In this document: one piece after another, positions 30,128-39,402 of the stretch
Layout of the letters: each line of letters begins with the position of its first letter
How positions within the stretch are numbered: position 1 is the stretch's first letter
Assembly: GCA_965279375.1 (NCBI GenBank)
Contig: OZ257156.1
Coordinates: 704,001 to 768,000 of the forward strand
Direction: 5' to 3'
Source: Gemmatimonas sp.
Lineage (GTDB): Bacteria; Gemmatimonadota; Gemmatimonadetes; Gemmatimonadales; Gemmatimonadaceae
DNA: 64,000 nt
Translations under genes and position numbers: made by a program
Notes under the pieces: generated by a model
Databases searched by the model: none
Told to the model about the DNA's origin: nothing
What the model saw: only the letters and a program-made list of their open reading frames with translations

Positions 30128-32566
30128 ATGCGCGTGTCGCTGGCGCTCCTCCCGATCCTTGCCGCCGTCCTGATCATCCCGACGCGGTCCGCGGCGCGTG
30201 CGCCGGCGCCGCGGACTCCCGTGCGGCTTTCGGCGCGCGATCTGAACGACGTGGTGGGGCAGTACTGTCAGGACTGCCACAACGACACGCGGCGGCGCGG
30301 CAATCTCTCACTCGACACCTTCGACCCGGGGCTCGCCTCACGACACCCCGACGTCGCCGAAAAGGTCGTCGCCAAGCTCCGCGCGGGCATGATGCCGCCG
30401 GTGGGGTCGGATCGCCCGTCGAGCGACACCGTGGATGCGTTGATTGCCACACTCGAACGGCAGCTCGATTCCGCCGCGGCGAAACATCCGAATCCCGGCG
30501 GCCGAACCTTCCAGCGGTTGAATCGCGCCGAGTATCAGGCGTCGATTCGCGATGTGCTGGGCCTTGAGGTGGACGCAGCCGCGTATCTGCCACCGGACAC
30601 CAAGAGCGACAACTTCGACAACGTTGCGTCCACGCAGCTGCTCTCGCCGACGCTGCTCGACGGATATCTCCGCGCGGCCAGCGACATCAGCTGGCTCGCG
30701 CTCGGCAACGCCAAGGCCTCGTCTGCAGCGCACACGTACACCGTGCCCAAGATGGCGTCGCAGGTGACGCACGTGGAGGGCGCGCCGTTCGGTACGCGCG
30801 GCGGCATCTCCGTGGTGCACACGTTCCCCGCGGATGGCGTGTATCGGTTCGACGTGAACTTCTTTCACGAGACGACCGGCGCCTTTGCCGGTGGCCTCGC
30901 GCGCGGTGAGAAGCTCGAAGTATCTGTCGACGGTGAGCGCGCCGCGTTGCTCGAGATCGACCGCTTCATGCACGCCTCCGATCCCAACGGTGTGGCGATG
31001 TCCACCGACACCGTGCGCATCACCGCTGGCCCGCATCGCATCTCGGCCGCCTTCGTGCCGCCTGCGTTTCAGGGCGTCGTGCAGGACTTGATCTCGCCGC
31101 TCAAGTACTCGCTGTCGAGTACGTCGAATGCCACGGCCTACGGATTCACGCAACTACCGCATCTGCGCGAGTTCACCGTGAAGGGCCCGGTGCGCGTTAC
31201 GGGGGTTACGGAAACGCCGTCGCGCAGGCGATTGCTCTCCTGTCACGCATCGAGCGGAGTCGCGGCCCGTGCCTGTGCACAGTCGATCATCACACGAGTG
31301 GGCAGCGATGCATATCGTCGTCCCCTCACCGCGGAAGACCGACGTGGGCTGATGTCGCTCTACGACGCCGGAGTCGCCAACGGTGCCGGCTTTGAATCCG
31401 GCGTGCGCGCAGCGCTGGAAGGAGTGCTGGCCAGCCCCGACTTTGTCTTCCGATTCGAGCGCGCGCCCACTGGTGTCGCACCCGGCAGCAACTACCGCCT
31501 GCGCGACATCGATCTCGCGTCGCGTCTCGCGTTCTTTCTCTGGTCGGCGCCTCCTGATCGCGCGCTCGTCAACGAAGCGGTCGCCGGCAGGCTGTCCACG
31601 CCCGCGGTGCTCAAGCGACAGGTGCGTCGCATGCTCGACGATCCACGCGCGGCGACGCTGGCCACACGCTTCGCTGCGCAGTGGTTACGACTGCCCGATC
31701 TCGACATGGTGCAGCCCGACATTCGGCAGTATCCCGATTTCGACGAGCAGTTGCGACTGGCGATGCGTCGCGAAACGGAGCTGTTCGTGGAGGAGATGGT
31801 GAAGCGCGACCGCAGCGTGCTCGATCTCTATCGCGCCGACTACACCTACGTGAACGAGCAGCTGGCGCGGCACTACGGCATTCCGAACGTGGCAGGACCT
31901 GCCTTCCGTCGTGTGCCGTATCCCGATAGCACACGGCGCGGCATCCTCTCGCACGCGAGCATCCTCACCCTCACCTCGCACGCCGCACGCACCTCCGCAG
32001 TCGAGCGCGGCAAGTGGGTGATGGAAGTGATGCTCAACAGTCCGCCACCACCGCCGCCTCCGGGCGTACCCGATCTCGAGGCGACGCCAGACAACAACGG
32101 TGGGCGTCCGCTCACGGTGCGCGAACGGATGCTCCAGCATCGCGCGAATCCCGCGTGCAGCTCCTGCCACAAGATGATGGATCCGATCGGGCTGGTGCTC
32201 GAGAACTTCGACGTGACCGGCCGCTGGCGCGTGCGTGACAACGGCATGCCCATCGACTCGCGAGGCGATCTGTGGGATGGCACCAAGGCACAGAGTCTCC
32301 CCGAGCTGCAGGGCGCGCTGCTGCGTCGCCAGGAAACGTTGTTGCGCACCTTCACGCGCAATCTGATGGTGTACGGGCTTGGCCGACGCGTCGAAGCCTA
32401 CGACATGCCCACCATTCGCCACATCGTGCGCGATGCCTCGCGCGAGAACCACAAGTTCTCGGCGTACGTGCTTGGCATCGTGCAGAGTCCCGCCTTCCAG
32501 ATGCAGCGTGCACCGGATGCCTCTCCACAGGTATCCGCGCCGCAGTCGACTCCTCCCTCCCGCTGA
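30128..32566 (+). CDS. DUF1592/DUF1588 (PSD-type) cytochrome c-containing protein
   Basis: Signal peptide; CQDCH and CSSCH heme motifs; MPP; RLNRAEY; LASRLAFFLWS.PPD; RTSAVERGKW; LENFD..GRWR. Confidence 0.9.
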   Translation: MRVSLALLPILAAVLIIPTRSAARAPAPRTPVRLSARDLNDVVGQYCQDCHNDTRRRGNLSLDTFDPGLASRHPDVAEKVVAKLRAGMMPPVGSDRPSSDTVDALIATLERQLDSAAAKHPNPGGRTFQRLNRAEYQASIRDVLGLEVDAAAYLPPDTKSDNFDNVASTQLLSPTLLDGYLRAASDISWLALGNAKASSAAHTYTVPKMASQVTHVEGAPFGTRGGISVVHTFPADGVYRFDVNFFHETTGAFAGGLARGEKLEVSVDGERAALLEIDRFMHASDPNGVAMSTDTVRITAGPHRISAAFVPPAFQGVVQDLISPLKYSLSSTSNATAYGFTQLPHLREFTVKGPVRVTGVTETPSRRRLLSCHASSGVAARACAQSIITRVGSDAYRRPLTAEDRRGLMSLYDAGVANGAGFESGVRAALEGVLASPDFVFRFERAPTGVAPGSNYRLRDIDLASRLAFFLWSAPPDRALVNEAVAGRLSTPAVLKRQVRRMLDDPRAATLATRFAAQWLRLPDLDMVQPDIRQYPDFDEQLRLAMRRETELFVEEMVKRDRSVLDLYRADYTYVNEQLARHYGIPNVAGPAFRRVPYPDSTRRGILSHASILTLTSHAARTSAVERGKWVMEVMLNSPPPPPPPGVPDLEATPDNNGGRPLTVRERMLQHRANPACSSCHKMMDPIGLVLENFDVTGRWRVRDNGMPIDSRGDLWDGTKAQSLPELQGALLRRQETLLRTFTRNLMVYGLGRRVEAYDMPTIRHIVRDASRENHKFSAYVLGIVQSPAFQMQRAPDASPQVSAPQSTPPSR

Positions 32567-32577
32567 GGTCACGCCCG

Positions 32578-33960
32578 ATGGCGATCATCGTTCGGCAGCC
32601 GCTCGACCGTCGCACCTTCCTGCAAGGGATGGGGGCGATGGTCGCGCTGCCGTATCTCGACATCATGCGACCGCTCGGCCGGCTTGGCACGACCGCCGCG
32701 AACGCAGCCGACCCCACGCGCATGCTCTTCATGGAGATGGTGCACGGTGCGGCCGGGTGCAGTCCGTTTGGCCTAACCGAGCATCTCTGGTCGCCACCGA
32801 CAACGGGATCAGAGTTTGACCTGAGTCGCACGTCGCTCTCGCCACTCGAACCGTGGCGCAAGCAGCTCACGATCATCAGCAACACCGATGTGCGCATGGC
32901 CGAGGCGTACAAGTCTGAGGAAATCGGCGGTGATCATTTTCGCTCGAGTGCGGTGTTCCTGACGCAGTCCCATCCGACGCAGACGGAAGGGTCGGACGTG
33001 TATGCAGGCACGTCGCTCGACCAGATGTATGCCAAGCGATTTGGACAAAGCACGCCCATTCCCTCGATGCAGCTGTGCATCGAGCCGCTCGATCGCGCCG
33101 GCGGTTGCGCCTATGGCTACTCGTGCATGTACACGGATTCGATCAGCTGGGCATCGCCCACCGAACCGTTGCCGATGATCCGCGATCCGCGCGTCGCGTT
33201 CGAACAGCTGTTCGGTGTGGGTGGTACGGCCGCCGAACGGGCATCGCGAACGCGCAGTACGGGGAGTGTGCTGGACTGGATCACTACGCGTGTCGGACAG
33301 CTCAAGCGGGAGCTTGGCACCGCCGACCGCGCGCGCATGGATCAGTACCTCGACAACATCCGCGAAATCGAGCGGCGCATTCAGAAGGTCGAGTCGCGCA
33401 ACAGCAGCGGCGAAGCGCGTGAGCTAGCGGGTGCGCCTACGGGCGTGCCGGATTCTTTCGACGAGCACGTGAAGATCATGTTCGACCTGCAGGTGCTGGC
33501 GCTGCAGAGCGACATGACACGCGTCTTCTCCTTCAAGCTGGGGCGCGATGCGTCAGCGCGTGTCTATCCCGAGAGCGGCGTGATGACCGGCTTTCATCCG
33601 TCGTCACATCACGGCAACAACCCCGCCCGCGTGCGCGAGTTCGCGGAGATCAATCGCTATCACGTCGGTCTCCTGCCTTATCTGCTGGAAAAGTTGAACA
33701 CAACCATGGACGGCGATCAGCCGCTGCTGGCCAAGACCGCGATCGTGTACGGCTCACCGATGTCGGACAGCAATACGCACAATCACCGCCGCTGCCCGTT
33801 GCTGATTCTGGGCGGCGCCAACGGTGCGCATCGTGGGAACATGCACCTCAAGGCCCCCGACGGCACGCCGATGGCCAACGCCATGCTCAGCCTCATGCAT
33901 CACGTGGGGATGGACGATCTGCATTCGTTCGGCGACAGCACCGGCGAGTTCACCTTCTGA
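32578..33960 (+). CDS. DUF1552 family protein (Tat-like signal)
   Basis: LDRRTFLQGMG..VALPYLD.M; CAYGYSCMY; ISW; HPSSHH; H.H..CP. Confidence 0.9.
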   Translation: MAIIVRQPLDRRTFLQGMGAMVALPYLDIMRPLGRLGTTAANAADPTRMLFMEMVHGAAGCSPFGLTEHLWSPPTTGSEFDLSRTSLSPLEPWRKQLTIISNTDVRMAEAYKSEEIGGDHFRSSAVFLTQSHPTQTEGSDVYAGTSLDQMYAKRFGQSTPIPSMQLCIEPLDRAGGCAYGYSCMYTDSISWASPTEPLPMIRDPRVAFEQLFGVGGTAAERASRTRSTGSVLDWITTRVGQLKRELGTADRARMDQYLDNIREIERRIQKVESRNSSGEARELAGAPTGVPDSFDEHVKIMFDLQVLALQSDMTRVFSFKLGRDASARVYPESGVMTGFHPSSHHGNNPARVREFAEINRYHVGLLPYLLEKLNTTMDGDQPLLAKTAIVYGSPMSDSNTHNHRRCPLLILGGANGAHRGNMHLKAPDGTPMANAMLSLMHHVGMDDLHSFGDSTGEFTF

Positions 33961-33982
33961 CCAGACATCGGGATCGCCAGTC

Positions 33983-35887
33983 ATGCGCGCTGTGAAGAGG
34001 CCTGAAATGATGCGTTGGTGTGCCGTACTGTTGCTGCCGCTGAGCGCGTATGCGCAGGACGCCACACCGCCGGTGTCGTTGAATGCGGTGCCATCACGCT
34101 CGACGTCGACCAGCACCGGATCGTTGGCCGACGCCGCAATGCGTGGCGATCTGCCTAACGTTCGATCACTGCTGCAACGCGGCAGTGACGTGAACGCAGC
34201 GCAGGGCGATGGTCTCACCGCGCTGCACTGGGCCGCCATGAAGGGCGACACGGGGATGACACGCCTGCTGCTGCGAGCCGGTGCCCGCCTCACGTCCACA
34301 ACGCGTATCGGCGCCTACACGCCGCTGCATGTCGCCGTGCAGAACGCGGCCGGACCCGTCGCACAGATGCTGCTGGCCGCCGGGGCGGACGCGCGGGCGC
34401 TGACCAGCGAGGGGGTATCGGCATTGCATCTCGCCGCGATGGCGGGCGACACGCGCATCATCGCTGCGCTGCTGCGCGGCGGCGCCGACGTCAATGTCAC
34501 CGAACCGACGTGGGGGCAGACGCCGCTCATGTTCGCGGCGGAGCGCGGTCGCACCGACGCGGCGCGCGCTCTGCTCGCTGGTGGTGCCAACTGGCGGCAG
34601 CTTGCACGCACGTACGATCCGATGGTCAGCGCAGCGCAGGATCGTCAGGCCAAGCTCGCACGCAACACGACGCTGGCCGCGCTGCGCGAGGCACAGGGCG
34701 CGTCGAAGGTCGCCGGCTGGCAACCCAACTCCCAGCAGGTGCAGGCCGCGGTGCGGGCTGCGAGCGAGGTGGAGCGACGAAGTGCCAGTGCGGGCGCACT
34801 GGCCGACGCGGCGAATGCGACAGCCGCTGAAGAGGCTCGTTTGGCGGCGCAGGGTGGCCCCGGTTTGGACGATGACTCACCGGGATACACGGAGCTGCTG
34901 GGCGCGCAGGGCGGTCTCTCGGCATTGCTGCTGGCCGTGCGGGAGGGACGCGTGGAGACAGTGCGGGCACTCATCGCCGCGGGCGCCGACATCAATCAGG
35001 TCAGCGGAGGTGATCACACCAGCCCGCTGCTGATGGCGGCCATCAACGGGCAGTACGACGTTGCGATGCAGCTGCTCGCGGCCGGGGCGGACCCCAACAT
35101 CGCCAGCGACGCCGGTGCCACGCCGCTCTACGGTGTGCTCAACAAGGAGTGGGCCCCCACGTCGCGCACGCCGCAGCCGGCGTATCACCTGCAGCAGCGC
35201 ACGAGCTACCTCGAGCTCACGGAAGCGCTGCTCAAGGCCAAGGCGAATCCCAACGCGCGACTTGCACGGTCGCTTTGGTACACCACCTACAATCGCGACA
35301 ATCTCCGCGTCGATTTTGCTGGCGCGACACCATTCTTTCGCGCGGCCTACGCCACCGATCTGCCGGCGATGCAGCTGCTGCTGCGCTACGGCGCGGACGC
35401 CTCCATCGGCACCATCAAGCCCGTGCCCGCTGCACGTCGCGCGGCGGCACCTGCCACCGCTGCCGCCCCGGTGCGCCAGGATCCGTCGGGGCTCGCGCCG
35501 GTACCCGCGGGCGGGCTTGGCATTCTCCCCATCCACGCGGCATCCGGCGTGGGATACGGACAAGGCTTTGCCGCCAACGACCATCGGCACGCAACCGACG
35601 GATGGTTGCCGACCGTTCGCTTTCTCGTGGAGCAACTCGGTGCAGATGTGAACGCGCGCGACTTTGCCGGCTACACGCCGTTGCACCACGCCGCTGCGCG
35701 CGGCGACAACGAGCTGATCCAGTATCTCGTGTCCAAAGGCGCAGATGTCAAAGCCGTCGCACGCAGCGGCCAGACCACAGTCGACATGGCCAACGGTCCC
35801 GTGCAGCGCATCTCACCGTACCTCGAGACAGTCAAGCTCCTCGAACAGCTGGGCGCGAAGAACAATCACAAGTGCGTGTCGTGCTGA
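33983..35887 (+). CDS. Secreted ankyrin repeat protein
   Basis: Multiple GxT(A/P)LH ankyrin repeats; signal peptide; ends HKCVSC. Start 33983 or 34007. Confidence 0.9.
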   Translation: MRAVKRPEMMRWCAVLLLPLSAYAQDATPPVSLNAVPSRSTSTSTGSLADAAMRGDLPNVRSLLQRGSDVNAAQGDGLTALHWAAMKGDTGMTRLLLRAGARLTSTTRIGAYTPLHVAVQNAAGPVAQMLLAAGADARALTSEGVSALHLAAMAGDTRIIAALLRGGADVNVTEPTWGQTPLMFAAERGRTDAARALLAGGANWRQLARTYDPMVSAAQDRQAKLARNTTLAALREAQGASKVAGWQPNSQQVQAAVRAASEVERRSASAGALADAANATAAEEARLAAQGGPGLDDDSPGYTELLGAQGGLSALLLAVREGRVETVRALIAAGADINQVSGGDHTSPLLMAAINGQYDVAMQLLAAGADPNIASDAGATPLYGVLNKEWAPTSRTPQPAYHLQQRTSYLELTEALLKAKANPNARLARSLWYTTYNRDNLRVDFAGATPFFRAAYATDLPAMQLLLRYGADASIGTIKPVPAARRAAAPATAAAPVRQDPSGLAPVPAGGLGILPIHAASGVGYGQGFAANDHRHATDGWLPTVRFLVEQLGADVNARDFAGYTPLHHAAARGDNELIQYLVSKGADVKAVARSGQTTVDMANGPVQRISPYLETVKLLEQLGAKNNHKCVSC

Positions 35888-35921
35888 GTCGGGCGCGCAC
35901 CCTGCCGCGATGTTGGGCGCG

Positions 35922-36287
35922 TCAGCCCGTGGACAGCACGAACTGATTCCCCTCGCTGTCCTTGAAGATCGCCGAGGTGCCCCACGATTCGACCTTGGGC
36001 TCCTTCACGAATTCCACGCCGGCTGCCTTGAGCTCGTGGTACGTCGCCACGACGTCGTCGCACTGGAAGGACAGATTCATGAAGCCGCCGATCCAGGCTT
36101 CCTGTCCCGGTGCGGTGAACAGCACGACACCGGTCTGCGCGCGCGGAATGCTCAATTCGATCCAGCGCTGACCGGGTCCCATCGGCGAGTCCGTCGCGAC
36201 GCGGAACCCCAACTTCTCGGTGTAGAACGCGAGCGCTCGATCCTGATCGAGAACGGGAATGTTAATGAACTTGACTTGCTTGATCAT
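35922..36287 (-). CDS. VOC / glyoxalase family protein
   Basis: DQDRALAFYTEKLGF...WGTSAIFKDSEGNQFVL. Confidence 0.9.
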   Translation of the reverse strand: MIKQVKFINIPVLDQDRALAFYTEKLGFRVATDSPMGPGQRWIELSIPRAQTGVVLFTAPGQEAWIGGFMNLSFQCDDVVATYHELKAAGVEFVKEPKVESWGTSAIFKDSEGNQFVLSTG

Positions 36288-36380
36288 GCGCGCGAAGGGA
36301 GAGAGTGACGACGTGTGAAGTTCAGCGGTCGACGACACCATCGCGCAGCGAGAAATGGCGCGCAAGCCGCGCAAACGTTA

Positions 36381-36401
36381 CTATGGCAAACATTGCCATA
36401 G
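36381..36401. promoter_or_regulatory. Perfect inverted repeat (putative operator) between divergent VOC and HTH genes
   Basis: CTATGGCAA-ACA-TTGCCATAG, abutting the GGAG RBS of the HTH gene. Confidence 0.6.
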
Positions 36402-36410
36402 GAGCCCGCG

Positions 36411-36710
36411 ATGCTGGTAGCACTCGACGCGTACATTTTCGACACGCTGATGGCCGATCTGGTCGGGCACGATCGCCAACCGTCAGCGTATCTCGTCTAC
36501 CTCGCGCTCGCCCGCCGTACACTCGGCGCCAACCGGACGCAGATCGCCATCGCGCTGCAGGACATCGCCGAGGCCACGGGGTTGTCCAAGCGCACCGTGC
36601 AAGCGGCACTCGCACATCTCGTTCGGCGTCGCTGTCTCTCGGTCTCGCGAGAATCGGTGACTGCGGTACCGACGTACACCGTGCTGCGTCCATGGCGCCG
36701 CGGGTCGTGA
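36411..36710 (+). CDS. Small helix-turn-helix protein
   Basis: LQDIAEATGLSKRTVQAALAHL winged-HTH; GGAG RBS. Confidence 0.85.
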   Translation: MLVALDAYIFDTLMADLVGHDRQPSAYLVYLALARRTLGANRTQIAIALQDIAEATGLSKRTVQAALAHLVRRRCLSVSRESVTAVPTYTVLRPWRRGS

Positions 36711-36732
36711 CACCGCCGCGCGCCATTCGCAC

Positions 36733-36948
36733 TCACTCCAACTGCGCGTACGACTCGAGGTAGCCGCACTTGGAGCAGCGATACGTCGTGATGACATGGC
36801 GTTCCGCACGCGGCACGCGGATTCCCGTCCAGAATGACTTCTTTGGCTCCCCCTCGGCCCACTGCGCCTGGCCCGTCGCGCCATACGTCTCGTCGAGAAT
36901 GAATCCGTTGTCCATGGCGCCGGCGCACTTCGGGCACGTCTTCGTCAT
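36733..36948 (-). CDS. Small zinc-ribbon protein (PF20097/DUF6487-like)
   Basis: CPKC..M..GF ... W.EG ... RCSKCGYLESYA. Confidence 0.8.
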   Translation of the reverse strand: MTKTCPKCAGAMDNGFILDETYGATGQAQWAEGEPKKSFWTGIRVPRAERHVITTYRCSKCGYLESYAQLE

Positions 36949-36964
36949 CTGTCCGTCCTCGGCT

Positions 36965-38020
36965 TCAGGGTGAGCGAGGAAGATACTCGGGCACAGGTGA
37001 ACCGACGATGATCGGCGGTCCGTTGCCCGCATAGCCACTGCGCGCAAGAATGGATTCCGCGTCTTTCAGAGCGATGAGGTCCCTGATCGCCTGCGACTTG
37101 TCCGCGGCCTGGTTGTAGTACGCCTGCGCAATGCGATAGCCCATGAAGTATCCCAGGTCGCCGGGCCATGCGGGCGTCCCGCTCTCCTGATTGTAGAGCC
37201 ACCGACTGGCGTCCGTACCTGAACGCTCACGCGCGAATGCGGTCCAGAACTCCTGCTCGCGGCTTTGCCATGCCGCGTAGAATGCGATGAACGTCGGCAC
37301 GCGCGCCGACAAGGAGCCTACGAATTCTGCGATGCCCTCGTTCATGGCGCGCGCCAACAGCGTTGCATTGCTCGATCGTCCGCTGCTTCCGGCGGCTCCC
37401 TGCAACAGATGCACATGCTCGTGTGCAATCAGCGCCGGCAGCTCGTTCGACCACGACTTCTGATTGTTGCGGCCGAAGGAGTTCAGCTCGGCGGTCGGCG
37501 CGAGTGCATCGGTGCCGAAGAACTCGATGCCGATGAAGACGCCGTTGCGCCCCACGGTCCCGCCGGTGCTGTAGCGGCCCATGAGGATGGTGACCGGCGG
37601 GAAGAACGCATCCGGATACAGTTGCTTGATGCGGGCGTAGTTCGAGCGTACCTGCGAGAAGACCGGGTCACGTGGTGTGATCGTCGGCCACCAGCTCCGT
37701 AGTGCTTCCAGGTAACGTGGGAATGCAGTCGCCACCTGCGTGAGCGACGCGGCAGTCACCGAGCGAAGTCCAATGAACTCGGAGAGCGGCACCGATGCCG
37801 AATCGAGGTAGATGCGCTGAAAGACCGCGCCCTGCCCTACGCGACCGCCGGCGTCGTAGGCGCGCCAGTAGCGATCGACGTCGGCCGTATTGAACTGCGC
37901 CTGCGCGGGATCGCTCGGGTAGTCGGCGGGATTGGGCCCCGTACTCGAGTCGCCGCAGCCAAGCAGCAGTACGGCCAGCAGCGCACGGCACAGGTGGAGA
38001 CTGGGACGAGTCACGGACAT
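36965..38020 (-). CDS. Lipoprotein, DUF2268-like putative Zn-dependent protease
   Basis: LLGC lipobox; AHEHVH (HExxH), NEGIAEF, DLGYFMGYRIAQAYY. Confidence 0.8.
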   Translation of the reverse strand: MSVTRPSLHLCRALLAVLLLGCGDSSTGPNPADYPSDPAQAQFNTADVDRYWRAYDAGGRVGQGAVFQRIYLDSASVPLSEFIGLRSVTAASLTQVATAFPRYLEALRSWWPTITPRDPVFSQVRSNYARIKQLYPDAFFPPVTILMGRYSTGGTVGRNGVFIGIEFFGTDALAPTAELNSFGRNNQKSWSNELPALIAHEHVHLLQGAAGSSGRSSNATLLARAMNEGIAEFVGSLSARVPTFIAFYAAWQSREQEFWTAFARERSGTDASRWLYNQESGTPAWPGDLGYFMGYRIAQAYYNQAADKSQAIRDLIALKDAESILARSGYAGNGPPIIVGSPVPEYLPRSP

Positions 38021-38427
38021 TCGTTCGGCGTTAGGCTGGAAACGGGCGGGCGGCTCGCGATGGGAACGCGACCTCTCAAGGTTGACTGCATCAGCCGGCG
38101 AATCGTTTGGACGACCGCCTCAGTCGCGCCCCTCCGTACGGAGGTCCGTTGGATCCGGTTTGCGATTCGAAGCATCTCCCGCGAGGCGGAAGGGCTGGCG
38201 GGGCGTCGCTCACCCCTTTCCGCATAACGGAATGCGGTCAGCGGCATTCGTTGAGGTGACACAACATGTGGTGTGGACTCCCCCCAACGCATACAGACGC
38301 GACTGCGACGGATCCGAATGGATTTCGAGCCGGCTGGGCGAACCTACCGTTTGTCGGCATATGGAAAATATTCTCCAATAACGCTTTATGAGTCAGCCAT
38401 GATATTGGTGTGATGTAGGACACCGAC

Positions 38428-38443
38428 CGGCACGGAGTTTGCT
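38428..38443 (+). promoter_or_regulatory. Sigma-54 (-24/-12) promoter of the PEP-CTERM gene
   Basis: CGGCACGGAGTTTGCT: exact GG-N10-GC spacing and near-consensus TGGCACG-N4-TTGCW, 80 nt upstream of the ATG. Confidence 0.75.
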
Positions 38444-38523
38444 GGAAAGTGGTCAGCTTTTTGTGCAACGCGATCAGTGCCCGAACAACACTGATACTCC
38501 CCGTCCCCCACCGTCCTCCACCA

Positions 38524-39267
38524 ATGCTTCAGACTCTACTCCGTCGTTCCGCTCTTGCCGCAGGGCTTGCTGCGGCTTCACTGGCCGCGCCGGCCGTCGC
38601 GAGCGCTCAGAGCGGCTTCTGGGCGCAGGTGCAGGTTGGCAGCCCTCTGGCCGGTTACGGCCTCAACAACGGCGCCTACGTCGCCACGGGCACGATCACG
38701 GGCCTCAACGGCAACACCGTCGGTTCCGGCTTCTCGGGACTGAACATGGTCATCGACAAGTTCTTCTGCACCGACCAGCAGAACACCATTTCGTTGCCGT
38801 CGACGTACATCGCGTGGATCTCGTATATCTCGCCGAACTCGAACATGAGCCAGACGCGTATCGGATCGCGCAACCCGGCCAGCCCGGTGGGTCCGAATAC
38901 GATCTATACGCTGAACGCCAGCTTGGCCAACACGATCACCCTCCCGGCCAACAACGCGAGCCAGGCGGTGAAGAACGCGACCTACGCCGCCAACAACACG
39001 GCGCAGTCGCAGATCTGGAACAACGCGCAGCAGCCGTCCACGCCGAACTACGGCAACTCGTCGTTCAACACGAACGGCTGGTTCGTCGTCACGGCGCCGC
39101 CGGGTCAGGGCCAGTTCGGTGGCACGCAGGAACTGCTCGCCTACTCCAGCACGGTGCAGACGCTCAGCACGGTGCCGGAGCCGGGAACGTATGCCCTGCT
39201 CGTTCCGGCGCTGCTCATCGTTGGCGGCGTCGCTCGCCGTCGTCGTTCTGTCGCGCAGCTCGCCTGA
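38524..39267 (+). CDS. PEP-CTERM sorting domain surface protein
   Basis: Signal peptide; Asn/Thr/Ser-rich body; C-terminal VPEPGTYALLVPALLIVGGVARRRRS. Confidence 0.92.
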   Translation: MLQTLLRRSALAAGLAAASLAAPAVASAQSGFWAQVQVGSPLAGYGLNNGAYVATGTITGLNGNTVGSGFSGLNMVIDKFFCTDQQNTISLPSTYIAWISYISPNSNMSQTRIGSRNPASPVGPNTIYTLNASLANTITLPANNASQAVKNATYAANNTAQSQIWNNAQQPSTPNYGNSSFNTNGWFVVTAPPGQGQFGGTQELLAYSSTVQTLSTVPEPGTYALLVPALLIVGGVARRRRSVAQLA

Positions 39268-39280
39268 TTGCGTAACTGAC

Positions 39281-39351
39281 CAGTGTCGCCGCACTCGGCG
39301 ACACTGCAGTAAAAAGAGAGGCGCTGAGCGAACCCGCTCAGCGCCTCTCTT
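39281..39351. terminator. Two tandem hairpins between convergent genes (terminator region)
   Basis: CAGTGTCGCCG-CACT-CGGCGACACTG (39281-39306) and a 17-bp stem AAGAGAGGCGCTGAGCG-AACC-CGCTCAGCGCCTCTCTT preceded by an A tract (U tail on the minus strand). Confidence 0.8.
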
Positions 39352-39402
39352 CGCATTTGGCCCCGTCGGCCATGTACTACTTAAACTGGCGCTTGAGTGC
39401 TT

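Noticed and set aside
38027..38040. GTTAGGC / GCCTAAC motifs (also near 4310, 18820, 19613) resembling integron attC core sites
   Set aside because: Most coincide with TAG/TAA stop codons. No paired R''/R' boxes, no co-oriented cassette array and no integrase.
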